Source: a virus | Length of the DNA: 64,000 nt | Direction: 5' to 3' (one strand) | Virus record (IMG/VR): IMGVR_UViG_3300037264_007554 | Location: 1-64,000 of that record | Shown: one piece after another, positions 9,583 through 18,909 of the stretch | How positions within the stretch are numbered: the first letter of the stretch is position 1 | How the letters are laid out: every line of letters begins with the position of its first letter | Translations under genes and position numbers: made by a program | The notes under the pieces: model-generated | Told to the model about the DNA's origin: nothing | Databases searched by the model: none | Seen by the model: the letters and a program-made list of their open reading frames with translations, nothing else

Positions 9583-9825
9583 CTAGCGCCGTCTGCAATG
9601 CGTGTACTGATCGAGATCACCGTAGGCGGCAACTGTGTTGAAATCAGATGCTGCTTCACGTTCGGCTTGTCGTGAGCTTTCGCCTTGGCTGTAGGAGAGA
9701 AATGTGTTTACGGCGGCATCCCATGAGCCATCGGGATTGATCCGCTGCTGAAAACGGTTGCGTAGAAAGCAGATTGCTCTTCGCGTTCCGAGTTGCTTTT
9801 TGATGCCGTTGAGCGATCTGATCAC
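9583..9825 (-). CDS. Small hypothetical protein
   Basis: Leaderless promoter TTGATC-N17-TAATAT-N6-GTG. Confidence 0.6.
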   Translation of the reverse strand: MIRSLNGIKKQLGTRRAICFLRNRFQQRINPDGSWDAAVNTFLSYSQGESSRQAEREAASDFNTVAAYGDLDQYTHCRRR

Positions 9826-9856
9826 GACTTAATATTAGCTCGGGTGGTTTACCCGA

Positions 9857-10099
9857 TCAACTTAACGGCGCCCCGACCCTCCCCTTCATGCGCCAGGGGC
9901 CGAAACCGTACTGGCTCACCCGGGCCGCGTGCCGGGGACAGAGCGGAAGTTCCGCGTGGGCGACCCCGCCGCCTCCTACGGAGAGCGCTCCTCTGGGCCA
10001 CCTCTCGAAAACCGGCACGAGCTTCCAGGATACCTTGACCTTGTAGAGCTGCACGTTCCGGCGGCAGCAGGTCGCGCGGGCGCAGTAGAGGCGGTTCAT
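9857..10099 (-). CDS. Hypothetical protein
   Basis: MNRLYCARATCC; ATGA coupling. Confidence 0.5.
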   Translation of the reverse strand: MNRLYCARATCCRRNVQLYKVKVSWKLVPVFERWPRGALSVGGGGVAHAELPLCPRHAARVSQYGFGPWRMKGRVGAPLS

Positions 10100-10359
10100 G
10101 CTGCCCCGGCTTCCGGGGCTTTCGGGCAGACCGCGTTCAAGTTGGAGCCGTCCGCGTTCATCCACAGTCTTACACCGCAGAGCTTGCAGTTGTTCGTGTA
10201 ATCGAACTTGTGCAACGTCGCCACGAGTTTTCTGTGGGCCTCGGTTTCCTTGCGTCGCTGTTCCTGCTTGAACCGTTCCGTCTCTTCGGCGATCGTCCGG
10301 CAGAAGTCCGGATTTTTCACGAGTTCGGCCGCGAGCTTCTTGTAGTCGATCATATCCAC
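10096..10359 (-). CDS. Hypothetical protein with CxxC
   Basis: Coupled operon, RBS. Confidence 0.6.
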   Translation of the reverse strand: MDMIDYKKLAAELVKNPDFCRTIAEETERFKQEQRRKETEAHRKLVATLHKFDYTNNCKLCGVRLWMNADGSNLNAVCPKAPEAGAA

Positions 10360-10604
10360 GGCGCTCTCTCTCCGGCCTTGAACAGATCGCGCGCGAGTTC
10401 GCTCGGCGGCATGTCGAAGAACCGCGCCAGGCGTCGGAGCTGCGTGATGTTGAGCGTGGTCGTGCCGCGCTCGATGCGCGAGTACGCTGATTGCGTGATT
10501 CCGATGTAGCGTCCGGCCTCATCCTGCGAGATCTCTTTCACCTTGCGGATCGCAGCGAGCCGAAGACCAACCATCTCCGCGAAGGTTTCAGGGATGTGCT
10601 TCAT
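10350..10604 (-). CDS. XRE-family helix-turn-helix regulator
   Basis: IRKVKEISQDEAGRYIGITQSAYSRIERG. Confidence 0.9.
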   Translation of the reverse strand: MKHIPETFAEMVGLRLAAIRKVKEISQDEAGRYIGITQSAYSRIERGTTTLNITQLRRLARFFDMPPSELARDLFKAGERAPWI

Positions 10605-10981
10605 CTGTGTTTGGTCGTAATAGCTCGGACAGGAAGTGCGCCGATCCGTTTGTATTCACTCAGCGCAGACGATCGACGGGGTACGTCGAGCATGGCGACG
10701 ACAGATCGGCTCGGCAGCACGCCGAAGAAATCAGCCGTTCCTGCTTCGAGGGCCTTGAGCGCGGCTTTGACGAGTTGATGCCGAGTCGTCCCCGATCTCA
10801 AGATCGTGAGTACACGGCGTTGAGAAAGCTCGTACGGCATCGGCACGATGCCGATGTTGCCGGGGCCGTCTGGATCTTTCGGCCCGAGCCGAGAGATCTC
10901 GACAGCGCCGAGTTTGGCGACGATCTGAATACGTTGGCACCCAGGTTTGTCGACGGGGATTTCTGTAATTGTGGGTTTCAT
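10601..10981 (-). CDS. Hypothetical protein
   Basis: MKPTITEIP; ATGA coupling. Confidence 0.6.
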   Translation of the reverse strand: MKPTITEIPVDKPGCQRIQIVAKLGAVEISRLGPKDPDGPGNIGIVPMPYELSQRRVLTILRSGTTRHQLVKAALKALEAGTADFFGVLPSRSVVAMLDVPRRSSALSEYKRIGALPVRAITTKHR

Positions 10982-11631
10982 TTGTCTTCGGTGTCGCGTT
11001 GGTGAGCGGCCATCGTCTCTGTTTGGATTGCATAGATTAGCTGTTCCCAGCCAGGGGACAGAGTTCCTGGCGAAGTGTAGGCTACAAACGCGTATGGAGC
11101 CCATAGGCAGCAAGAGTCTTCGTCGTTCTCGATTCGCCATCCGTGTTCGAGAAGATGAATTTTAAGTTCAGGAGGTAGCTCGCCGTTCTTACAGGTTTGC
11201 AAAATAGCGTCGTGCTCTTTTTCCAACTCAGGATCTGAATCAATGCAGTCATCGTCGGGCCAGTCGGGCCAGTAAGGACGTCCGCTTTTCTTTTCGAGCA
11301 TGTTTTCGATCGCCATACCCAGTCCTTCGTGTACCCCAGTGGTCGTATCCTGTAGTTCACCGAGCAAACAGATCCCGCAGGCGCATGTGAATTCAACGGC
11401 TGTGAAGATCACTTCTGGCCATATGAGATTACACTTCGGACACTTCCGAGGATCATACGGATCTTCGTGGGGCTCGGCGAGGAACCCCTTGTCGATTACG
11501 AGATCGCCTTCTCGGGCCAGCAGACCATGTTTGAACAAGGCTGCTACTTCTTCTGGGTTGAAAAAGCTGGAGGACGGTTGGATACGGCGATTGACACCAC
11601 GGTCTTCCCAATGCTTTGCGGCTATTGTCAA
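10978..11631 (-). CDS. Hypothetical Cys-rich acidic protein
   Basis: 217-aa ORF with CxxC motifs, lower GC. Confidence 0.6.
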   Translation of the reverse strand: MTIAAKHWEDRGVNRRIQPSSSFFNPEEVAALFKHGLLAREGDLVIDKGFLAEPHEDPYDPRKCPKCNLIWPEVIFTAVEFTCACGICLLGELQDTTTGVHEGLGMAIENMLEKKSGRPYWPDWPDDDCIDSDPELEKEHDAILQTCKNGELPPELKIHLLEHGWRIENDEDSCCLWAPYAFVAYTSPGTLSPGWEQLIYAIQTETMAAHQRDTEDK

Positions 11632-11635
11632 TTTG

Positions 11636-11854
11636 TTACCTCGTTTTTTCCCAGATCGGCTTCAACCACGCGTAGCTCGGTCCGAGCGTGTCCGGCCGAG
11701 TCTGGAATTCCGCGAGTATGACCTGACGCTTGTCCGTGCTGCGAGGGCCGTCGTTCCTGCCGATCTGGGTCACGCGTTGCTCCGAGAACAGCCCGGCCGA
11801 GGTCGCCTTGAGGGTTTGCGGATCGATGAAGATGATGACGTACCAAGTGCTCAT
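11636..11854 (-). CDS. Hypothetical protein
   Basis: MSTWYVII; coupled. Confidence 0.55.
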   Translation of the reverse strand: MSTWYVIIFIDPQTLKATSAGLFSEQRVTQIGRNDGPRSTDKRQVILAEFQTRPDTLGPSYAWLKPIWEKTR

Positions 11855-12042
11855 GGTGTTTTCGCGTGCCTTTTGAAAAGTTTGCCCAACTCGCACAGGA
11901 CGAATGCCGTTCTGTGACGTTCATCGGTGGTATAGCCGCTTGGATTCTTGACGATCTCGGCCGCTTCGGAGAGAACGCCCGCGACGTCGATCGGATTGTC
12001 GATGTTCAGGAGGCTTTTGGCGATCTGGCGCGGCGTTGCCAT
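11851..12042 (-). CDS. Hypothetical protein
   Basis: MATPRQIAK; coupled. Confidence 0.55.
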   Translation of the reverse strand: MATPRQIAKSLLNIDNPIDVAGVLSEAAEIVKNPSGYTTDERHRTAFVLCELGKLFKRHAKTP

Positions 12043-12239
12043 CACGCGGTCGCTCTTTCTTTGATGCTCGCAGGTCTCTTGCACCGGCGGAGTTTTGCGT
12101 TGACGGCTTCGATCGGACGCCCTTCCGTGAGAGCCGCGATGATGTTGACGTGTTCCGTGTCGAGAGGGCCACCGTCATCAGCGCGTGCGTCGACGGTAAA
12201 GCCGAAGTCGCCGCTTTTCTTCTGGAACTGGAACTTCAT
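12042..12239 (-). CDS. Hypothetical protein
   Basis: Coupled, GGAGG RBS. Confidence 0.55.
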   Translation of the reverse strand: MKFQFQKKSGDFGFTVDARADDGGPLDTEHVNIIAALTEGRPIEAVNAKLRRCKRPASIKERATA

Positions 12240-12676
12240 GAGACGGAGCCTCCGGAGAAACGTATGGCTTCGTATCCGGAATAGTTCACCCCAAGAAAGT
12301 CAGGATTTCCCGATTTGTCCAGATAGGCTGCGCTGTCGGATCGCGCTCGCATCGACACGACCATCGTACGGTTGTTCCCCTTCAGCGGTATCCTGTTTCG
12401 CAGTTCTTCGTTCGTTTTGAGAGCGACTTTTGCGATTTGTGCGTCGGAGAACACGGCTCCCGGGAACGCGTCGATATAGCCTTTTTTGCTGTCCCCACCG
12501 TTTTCGTTGTCGATGAAGTAGTACCGGGTCTTGGATTCATCCCAGTTTGCGCGCGGAGCTTCGCCTCGAAGCGCATGAGCAGCACGGCTGGCTGCTTGTA
12601 GCTGTGCTGAGAGCTTCTGCCGTCTCTTTCGGAGGAGTTTCTTGAACCGCGGGAGGGAAAGTTTTTTCCGCTTCAT
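12236..12676 (-). CDS. Hypothetical basic protein
   Basis: MKRKKLSLPRF; coupled. Confidence 0.55.
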   Translation of the reverse strand: MKRKKLSLPRFKKLLRKRRQKLSAQLQAASRAAHALRGEAPRANWDESKTRYYFIDNENGGDSKKGYIDAFPGAVFSDAQIAKVALKTNEELRNRIPLKGNNRTMVVSMRARSDSAAYLDKSGNPDFLGVNYSGYEAIRFSGGSVS

Positions 12677-12906
12677 GTGACGGGAGGCTCCGCCAGGGCT
12701 TCGGCTGCGATGTCCGCACACATGTCTTCGTGGATCCACGCGAGCCACTTCGTGAGCGAGTCGCGGCGCCCAGGTTCGACCTGGCTGTGCGCCTCGCAGG
12801 CGAACCACTGCATACGACCGTCCGTAGCGGTGCAGATGTAGATCGCATCGGCCTTGCAGTCGATGCCGTGACGGCCGCGGGCGTTGCATCGACGGCTATC
12901 AGTCAT
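12673..12906 (-). CDS. Small Cys/His (Zn-binding?) protein
   Basis: Ends ADIAAEALA, like the 27.9-29.0 kb paralogs. Confidence 0.55.
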   Translation of the reverse strand: MTDSRRCNARGRHGIDCKADAIYICTATDGRMQWFACEAHSQVEPGRRDSLTKWLAWIHEDMCADIAAEALAEPPVT

Positions 12907-13088
12907 GCGAGCCACCCCCGCCGGGGCATCTTCTCCGGCGCCAGCTCCGGCGTGCCTTCGGAAATCGCCTGGCGCTCGGCCCGGCGCCGGGCACGCGTCG
13001 TCTGTGTCTTGCACCAACGAGTCGTGCCCCGTCCGACGCAGATGATCCGGCTCTGGCCTTTGATGACCTCGTGCTTACGGAGTTTCAT
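12903..13088 (-). CDS. Small basic hypothetical protein
   Basis: Coupled. Confidence 0.5.
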   Translation of the reverse strand: MKLRKHEVIKGQSRIICVGRGTTRWCKTQTTRARRRAERQAISEGTPELAPEKMPRRGWLA

Positions 13089-13279
13089 CGCTCGGATTCC
13101 ATCCTCTTGATCTCTTTTTCGGTCTCCGCGACGTGGAAGTCTCCCTGCCGCTGGCACCACTCCGCTCGACGGTTCCACCGAGCACCGATTCTGAGGAACT
13201 TGTCCGATGCGAAGAGGCACACCTTGCACATGAAGCTGAAAACCTTCGCGGCGGACAGGTGAAGGTCGGCGGCGGTCAC
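13085..13279 (-). CDS. Hypothetical protein
   Basis: Coupled. Confidence 0.5.
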   Translation of the reverse strand: MTAADLHLSAAKVFSFMCKVCLFASDKFLRIGARWNRRAEWCQRQGDFHVAETEKEIKRMESER

Positions 13280-13638
13280 TTGGTTTCCCGCAGCACCTTT
13301 GCCTGAGTCCGTCCAGCGGCAATCGCCTTTTTCGTGGCGGCCGAGACCACAGGGTGGTCGTGGTCGCCGAACGGTACGAGGACGCCGTTGATGCGAGCAC
13401 CAAGGAATGCCCTGCCCGGGATCGGCCCTACCGGCGGGCCAGAACGCTGCGCGCGATCAATCAATCGTTTCCAATGACGTGTCATGCGTCGGCGCTCGCT
13501 TCGGCCGAAGCGCCAAGCCTCACGCGCGATGGGGTCTTCAAAGGCAGGACAGCGGGGGCGCGGTGATTTGTCGTTAAGCGCCTGTTGGTAGGCTCTGAAT
13601 TGAAACGGTGTCATTCCGAAGTCTTTTGCTGTGTTCAT
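13276..13638 (-). CDS. Hypothetical protein
   Basis: MNTAKDFG; coupled. Confidence 0.5.
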   Translation of the reverse strand: MNTAKDFGMTPFQFRAYQQALNDKSPRPRCPAFEDPIAREAWRFGRSERRRMTRHWKRLIDRAQRSGPPVGPIPGRAFLGARINGVLVPFGDHDHPVVSAATKKAIAAGRTQAKVLRETK

Positions 13639-13889
13639 CGTGCTGCCTTCGTCCCCTCTTGAAACTTCGTCTTGGAGTCCGCCCACCCGGCCGTGAACCC
13701 CTCCCGGTATCCGGCCTTGAAGTCGAGGGGGATCGAGCACCCGCGGCGCACGAGATTCCGGAGCCACTCGGGAAACTCCGCCTTCCCGCCCGCCGCTCGC
13801 CGTGCGAGGGCCAGCAGATCGTTCGGGAGACGCACCGCTATCGGCGTTGACGATTGTTCGGTCAGGGCTCCGCCCCTGGGTCGTGCCAT
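13635..13889 (-). CDS. Ribbon-helix-helix-like DNA-binding protein
   Basis: PIAVRLPNDLLALARRAA...EWLRNLV; first gene of the leftward operon. Confidence 0.6.
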   Translation of the reverse strand: MARPRGGALTEQSSTPIAVRLPNDLLALARRAAGGKAEFPEWLRNLVRRGCSIPLDFKAGYREGFTAGWADSKTKFQEGTKAAR

Positions 13890-13974
13890 GAGACCAAGGT
13901 ACAGAATCTGCGGCCGTTTTCGAGGGTCTTTTTCGGCCCTGGATTGTTTCGGCGCTAACCCCCTGGAATCATTG

Positions 13975-14026
13975 ATGTTTACTAGTAAACATTTTACTTG
14001 TCATCCTATTATGGATGACATAGAGT
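13975..14026 (+). promoter_or_regulatory. Sigma70-type promoter with two palindromic operator-like sites
   Basis: TTGTCA(13998)-N17-TAGAGT; palindrome ATGTTTACTAGTAAACAT (13975-13992); inverted repeat TGTCATCC-N6-GGATGACA (13999-14020). Confidence 0.75.
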
Positions 14027-14035
14027 TTCTTCAAG

Positions 14036-14473
14036 ATGCCCCTGAAAAAGCCCGCCGTCAAGCCCTTCAAATTGGAGCCCAGGTACGCCTACGTGCTCAT
14101 CTCCCAGGACGACGGTCGGTTCTCCGTCAGGCTGTGCGCGCGTGGCGAGCACGGCTACCGGCCGATCTACTACGGCCCGTACAAGGACGAAGCGCGCGCG
14201 CAGGGAATCGTGGACCGCCTGAACGCGCGCCTGGGAGTTTCCGGGCCCGAAGCCGTCGCGATCGTGGTCAGCAGGCCGGGCCGTGACGAATGGCTCTGCG
14301 GCTACGCGGCCGCCCTGGGTGCCATGCGGCGGCTTTTCCATCACGACTCGTCGGTCGCGAGCGTGCTCCAGGCCGACGGCCTGACCGTGGCGCATCTACA
14401 GGCCGCGGGCGTGGAGAAGTTTGATCTCGACCCGATCAAGGCCGCGACCGGCTGGCCGAGGGGGAACATATGA
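14036..14473 (+). CDS. Hypothetical early protein
   Basis: First ORF after promoter; high GC3. Confidence 0.7.
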   Translation: MPLKKPAVKPFKLEPRYAYVLISQDDGRFSVRLCARGEHGYRPIYYGPYKDEARAQGIVDRLNARLGVSGPEAVAIVVSRPGRDEWLCGYAAALGAMRRLFHHDSSVASVLQADGLTVAHLQAAGVEKFDLDPIKAATGWPRGNI

Positions 14474-14781
14474 AGACATTGGAGCAACTGGCTGCGGAGT
14501 ACACGAAAAGGTTCGAGAAGGATTTGGTTCTTTTCGGTCAGCGAATCCTTCGTCGCCCGATCCCCGTCGCGCAGGTTGAAGGAGTAGCAAAGGAATATGC
14601 AGCAGGAGGATTCGAGAGTGATCTGATTTTCTTCGGCACCCAGATTCTCGCCGCCGAGCGTGCCCGCACCGCCGCGCGTCTGCGCGACGCCTGGGAAGCG
14701 CGCGCCGCCGGATCCGACTCGTTCGAGGGGAGGCGCAAGCGGTTGATTCTCGCATTGCTCGAAGAACTGGAGAAATCCTGA
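14470..14781 (+). CDS. Hypothetical protein
   Basis: Coupled. Confidence 0.6.
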   Translation: MKTLEQLAAEYTKRFEKDLVLFGQRILRRPIPVAQVEGVAKEYAAGGFESDLIFFGTQILAAERARTAARLRDAWEARAAGSDSFEGRRKRLILALLEELEKS

Positions 14782-15377
14782 TGAACCTCACAGAAGCCGT
14801 CGCGCGCGCCTGTGAAGAGCCGACGCTGGAAAGGGCGCTTGGATGGATTGTGATCTGGGAGAACGGCCGCGCGGTCGAACAGGCGCTCGAAGCCGAGCGC
14901 ACGGGCGTCAGCACGGCCGCGCACGCCGACATCGGCGCCAAGTGGGACACCTGTTTCGACATCTGCATCAGGGAGGTCATGAAGGCGTGGCGTGCGCCCG
15001 GCACCGAGTGGGCCTGGATGGAAGACCTTGAAGACGACGACGAGATTCACGGGCCGTTCCCGAGCCGGGCCGCCGCCTTGGCCGATGCGCGTAAGTTTTT
15101 CGTGTACCGCGCGCCCGAGTGTACTCCCGAGGCGATCGAGATCGGAACCTGCCGGTGGGCAATGCCGATTGATCACTTGCCCGGAGCCCAAAAGCTCGTC
15201 GAGGACATGGTCGACGACGCCCGCGACAACGACTTCACCTTCACGGACGACGTGATCTTCGATGTGTCGGCCGAGCAGATCAAGGCGCTCGACGACCTGC
15301 TGGAAAAGTGGGCGCGTGGGCTGCCGCGCGGGAACGTTTTCGTTTTTGAAAAAGTCGGCACGGAGACGATTCGATGA
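14781..15377 (+). CDS. Hypothetical acidic protein
   Basis: Coupled, RBS. Confidence 0.7.
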   Translation: MNLTEAVARACEEPTLERALGWIVIWENGRAVEQALEAERTGVSTAAHADIGAKWDTCFDICIREVMKAWRAPGTEWAWMEDLEDDDEIHGPFPSRAAALADARKFFVYRAPECTPEAIEIGTCRWAMPIDHLPGAQKLVEDMVDDARDNDFTFTDDVIFDVSAEQIKALDDLLEKWARGLPRGNVFVFEKVGTETIR

Positions 15378-15655
15378 CCGAGGGACGTAGGATGGTGTGC
15401 TCCGTCACGCTGCGATTCAAGACGCGCGAACAGCGTGACTTTTTCATGGGCCAACTGTCCGACGGGTGGGGCGAAAACGAAGTGCGGTTGAAGTGGCGCG
15501 GGATGAAAAGCAACGTCAGCCTCGACGCCGTCGACGTGGTGGATGTCGATCCAACGGGCACGGAACTATGGGAACTCCATCGCGAAAGGGCAGCTTGGAT
15601 TCGCACGCAAGCCCGGCTCGCCGCCCCGCCCGACACGGAGGGGAAGAAGAGATGA
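15374..15655 (+). CDS. Hypothetical protein
   Basis: Coupled. Confidence 0.6.
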   Translation: MTEGRRMVCSVTLRFKTREQRDFFMGQLSDGWGENEVRLKWRGMKSNVSLDAVDVVDVDPTGTELWELHRERAAWIRTQARLAAPPDTEGKKR

Positions 15656-16149
15656 GTAACGACGAACCAGAACCGACACGACCATCCGAAGCGGCGCAAC
15701 AGTCTGCTCTAATTCTCGGATGCCGTGCCCGCGTCATCGCCCTCGAAGCCGAATTGGCCGACATGACCAAGCAGCGGGACACGTTGCTCGTGCCGACGAT
15801 CGGTCACAGAAAACCCTGCTACTACTGCAACGAGCCGTGCAACGACTTGGCGGGCAATCCGTCTCGCTGGTCGATCCCGCTGTGCCACGCCGACGATCCA
15901 GGACGAGTGAAGTACCACCACGTCGGTTGCGTGTCGGAAAGGCTCGCGCAACGAGACGAGGCGCGAGCGTTGCTGGGGATGGATCAACCGTGGCCCCTTC
16001 GCGATGCGGTGGCGAAGCTCGTCGGCGCCGTCGACCATCTTCTAACCGATCATCTCTGCGACGGCCACGGCTACGAGGAGGTAATCGCCGCTCGCGATGT
16101 CTGCCTCGCCTTCCTCGCCGCTACCGAGCCGAAGGAGCCGACGACATGA
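15652..16149 (+). CDS. Hypothetical protein with CxxC...HxxC Zn motif
   Basis: CYYCNEPC...HVGC. Confidence 0.6.
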   Translation: MSNDEPEPTRPSEAAQQSALILGCRARVIALEAELADMTKQRDTLLVPTIGHRKPCYYCNEPCNDLAGNPSRWSIPLCHADDPGRVKYHHVGCVSERLAQRDEARALLGMDQPWPLRDAVAKLVGAVDHLLTDHLCDGHGYEEVIAARDVCLAFLAATEPKEPTT

Positions 16150-16340
16150 AACGACAAGCTCACATGACCATCGTGCGGGTGCGCGGGAAGCACGCCAACT
16201 ACTTCCAGGTCCGCGCCACTGATGCGAAGACGGGCGAGGTCATCTTCGATGCCGAGGTATCGATCGCCGGGTTCGCAGACATGATGTCGGGATCTTTGGG
16301 CGAGAATCTCGCGACGATCAACATACCGGAGGAGTCATGA
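16146..16340 (+). CDS. Hypothetical protein
   Basis: MKRQAHMT; AGGAG RBS. Confidence 0.6.
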   Translation: MKRQAHMTIVRVRGKHANYFQVRATDAKTGEVIFDAEVSIAGFADMMSGSLGENLATINIPEES

Positions 16341-16618
16341 AGCTCTCCCCCTTCCAGCGCCGGACGCTCGCGGCCTTGCACAAGAACGGACCCTGTGGTC
16401 CTGCGCACCTGTCCGAACTCGTGTTCACCGAGCCGAGGTACTGGGTCGCGCTCCGCAAGGGCGCCGCGCCCGGCACCGGCCTCGTGCGGCCTATGCTGTC
16501 GCTGCTGGCCGGGCTGAAAGACAAGGGACTCGTCGAGTGGTTTTCAGAAGACGGTAACCCCGGCAAGTGGAAAATCACGTGGCACGGCATTCGGGTGCTG
16601 GGAGAAGTGACACCTTGA
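16337..16618 (+). CDS. Winged-helix-like protein
   Basis: LAGLKDKGLVEW...WKITWHG. Confidence 0.55.
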   Translation: MKLSPFQRRTLAALHKNGPCGPAHLSELVFTEPRYWVALRKGAAPGTGLVRPMLSLLAGLKDKGLVEWFSEDGNPGKWKITWHGIRVLGEVTP

Positions 16619-17337
16619 CCCTCAAGGACGTCGATCCCCAGGCTGTTTACGACGAGGTAGAGATCAACAAGATCATCACACTCGCGCGTACGAAGGGCCC
16701 GCTCGCGTTCGTGCTCATAGCCTGGTGCTACGAGTTCGGCGCGCGGACGGCCGAGCCTGGGATGCAACTACTCCGTGACGTAGACCTGGCCAATGGTCGC
16801 GCGCGGCCTCTACACTTGAAAGGTGGCAAGCAGCAAAGCTGGCACTACCTTATGCCGTTCTGTACGGAAGCGTTGCCCGCGTGGCTAGATGCTCGACAGA
16901 TAAAAATGCTGGAGCAGAGCCCTTACCTGTTCCCGAGCGCGTCCCCCGGAATGTGCTACACGTGCGGCGGCACCGGCAAGCGCGCGAAACAGATGCGCGA
17001 CGGCAAGCGCAGGTTCAAGGGTGATCTCGTGCCTTGCCATCACTGCAACGAGACCGGCAAGCGCTGGGGCCTCGATCGTCGCGAGGTCTACAACATCGTG
17101 GCGCCGGTGTTGCGCGAGGCCGGAATGCGTAAGGGGAGCCGTCATCCTCACACGCTCCGGCATTCGATCATCACGCACATGCTCAATGCCGGGGTTGACT
17201 CGCAGGAAATTCAAAACCGTGTGGGACACCGCCGTCTTGAAACGACGCTTTCGTACGCGCGGGCGACCGAGTCGGCCAAGGCCGAGGTCGTGGGAAAGAT
17301 GTGGAAGGTTTACGGCCCGAGCAAGGGGGGACAGTGA
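16615..17337 (+). CDS. Tyrosine recombinase (catalytic domain only) with inserted DnaJ-like Zn finger
   Basis: GAR..E, LKGG, HTLRHS, GH...TTLSY catalytic motifs; CYTCGGTG...CHHCNETG insert. Confidence 0.9.
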   Translation: MTLKDVDPQAVYDEVEINKIITLARTKGPLAFVLIAWCYEFGARTAEPGMQLLRDVDLANGRARPLHLKGGKQQSWHYLMPFCTEALPAWLDARQIKMLEQSPYLFPSASPGMCYTCGGTGKRAKQMRDGKRRFKGDLVPCHHCNETGKRWGLDRREVYNIVAPVLREAGMRKGSRHPHTLRHSIITHMLNAGVDSQEIQNRVGHRRLETTLSYARATESAKAEVVGKMWKVYGPSKGGQ

Positions 17338-17780
17338 TGGCTCGTCGTACTGATCCCTATTTTCCGCTGGGCTTTGACGAAGCGTTGTGCAGCGGCTGCG
17401 TGCGAAAAATGCCGCGCACAAACGAGTCTCGCATTCACAAAAAATTGAAGCGGGATTTAGGAGAGGCAGCGCTGGCTGTAGGATGGCGCGTAGGATTTGA
17501 GGTGCCGATCGATGGCATGATCGCCGATGTACTGTGTTTCAAGGATGATCGGGTTGCAGCGCTAGAGGCTGTTCGATCGTTCGTGGCGTGTACCATTCAG
17601 GTTAGGCACGAGTTGTCGCGGCCGCATCCTACGCAGTACGGAGACGGTATGCAGCCCTGGCGCCGTGAATGGCGGCCGTGGTGGACACGTCAAGACGCCA
17701 TGCGGGCGTCGAAGAAAGCCGCGAATTCGATCAAGCCCACGAACGCGGCGGATGAGGCTGCGAAGGCGTTGAGGCGGTGA
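17337..17780 (+). CDS. PD-(D/E)xK-like nuclease (CoiA-like)
   Basis: ESRIHKKLK...EVPIDGMIADV...ALEAVRS. Confidence 0.55.
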   Translation: MARRTDPYFPLGFDEALCSGCVRKMPRTNESRIHKKLKRDLGEAALAVGWRVGFEVPIDGMIADVLCFKDDRVAALEAVRSFVACTIQVRHELSRPHPTQYGDGMQPWRREWRPWWTRQDAMRASKKAANSIKPTNAADEAAKALRR

Positions 17781-18574
17781 TGACGTACGAGCGCCTGGAT
17801 CTTATCAGAAGGCTTGCGCGGTATCGCGAACGCTCTGGACGACGCCAGGTCTACCAAATGGGTTCCAGATTGCCGCTGGCGAATCTCTCGGATGAGATAT
17901 CGGAAACCGAGTTTCATGTGCAAACGGCTGTGGAGAAGAGCTGTTTCGATACGATGCTTGATCACAAGGGCAATAATTTTGCGAAAGCTACAAAGTATGG
18001 AGCAGCCATTATTGGGGATCCCTACGAGGAAATTAGTACAGAGGAACGTCGCAAAAAGCACGAAGCCGGGAAGCAGCGCATGCGACAAGTCGCTCTACGT
18101 ACAAATAAACAACGCGAACATAAACGTCTGGCAAAACTTCGGCGCGCAGTCAGCGAGCCAGTTAGCGAGCCAGTGCCCAGGTCAGTCGGGCTTTTCTCCT
18201 TCGCTTCCCGGCTCTGGTTACCACTCGGAGATGTTCGCCCAGGCGCATTCGGTAGCCTCATCCACGTTCCGGCCGAGATTCAAAAAAGGATGAATCCAGC
18301 GATGGACACGTACATCGACGGTTTCCGTGGTCAGTTTCGTTCGATTGGACTACTCCAAAGCGAGGTCGTGCCTGTCCCGCTTCACGACGACGTGTATCCG
18401 AAACTGATCGTAGCTGCGCAGTTGTACTCCAAGATCATGGGACAGGCGTTGACGATCGAAGATCCGCAAACGCTGTATGCGACTGCACGCGCGAGTATCG
18501 GAAGCCTCTCAGGCTTCTTCCGTGCGTTCGTTATTCTACCTATCGCAGAGGCTGCGATGAAAGGAACCGAATGA
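17777..18574 (+). CDS. Hypothetical protein
   Basis: 265-aa coupled ORF. Confidence 0.6.
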   Translation: MMTYERLDLIRRLARYRERSGRRQVYQMGSRLPLANLSDEISETEFHVQTAVEKSCFDTMLDHKGNNFAKATKYGAAIIGDPYEEISTEERRKKHEAGKQRMRQVALRTNKQREHKRLAKLRRAVSEPVSEPVPRSVGLFSFASRLWLPLGDVRPGAFGSLIHVPAEIQKRMNPAMDTYIDGFRGQFRSIGLLQSEVVPVPLHDDVYPKLIVAAQLYSKIMGQALTIEDPQTLYATARASIGSLSGFFRAFVILPIAEAAMKGTE

Positions 18575-18909
18575 AAAAGCGCAAGCCCCCGAAGCTCGTC
18601 GCTCAGGTCGGCGAGACCGTCATCGTCGTCGACTCCGGCTTCGAGTTCAACCTCCGGCCGGACAGTTATCTATCGACGAAGATCCGGTGGTGGCAGGTCC
18701 GGTTCGGTGATCAGCGGCCCTGGCTGCTCGCGTTCTCGGAAGACCGGGTCGACCTGTTCCGGCGCGGACTGCGGCTGCTGCTGGCGCAGCTCGACGAGAA
18801 GTGGCCGGAGCGACCGAGGCCGGAGTACGCCGGATTTGAATGGGGCACTCCGGCCGCGGCGATGGCGGCCCGGAAGCGGCTGGCCCGGAAAGGAAGGAGA
18901 GGAAAATGA
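18571..18909 (+). CDS. Hypothetical protein
   Basis: Coupled. Confidence 0.6.
   Translation: MKKRKPPKLVAQVGETVIVVDSGFEFNLRPDSYLSTKIRWWQVRFGDQRPWLLAFSEDRVDLFRRGLRLLLAQLDEKWPERPRPEYAGFEWGTPAAAMAARKRLARKGRRGK

Noticed and set aside
16615-17337. Prophage boundary/att site at the recombinase
   Set aside because: Viral-type coupled genes continue on both sides; no tRNA or host gene adjacent.
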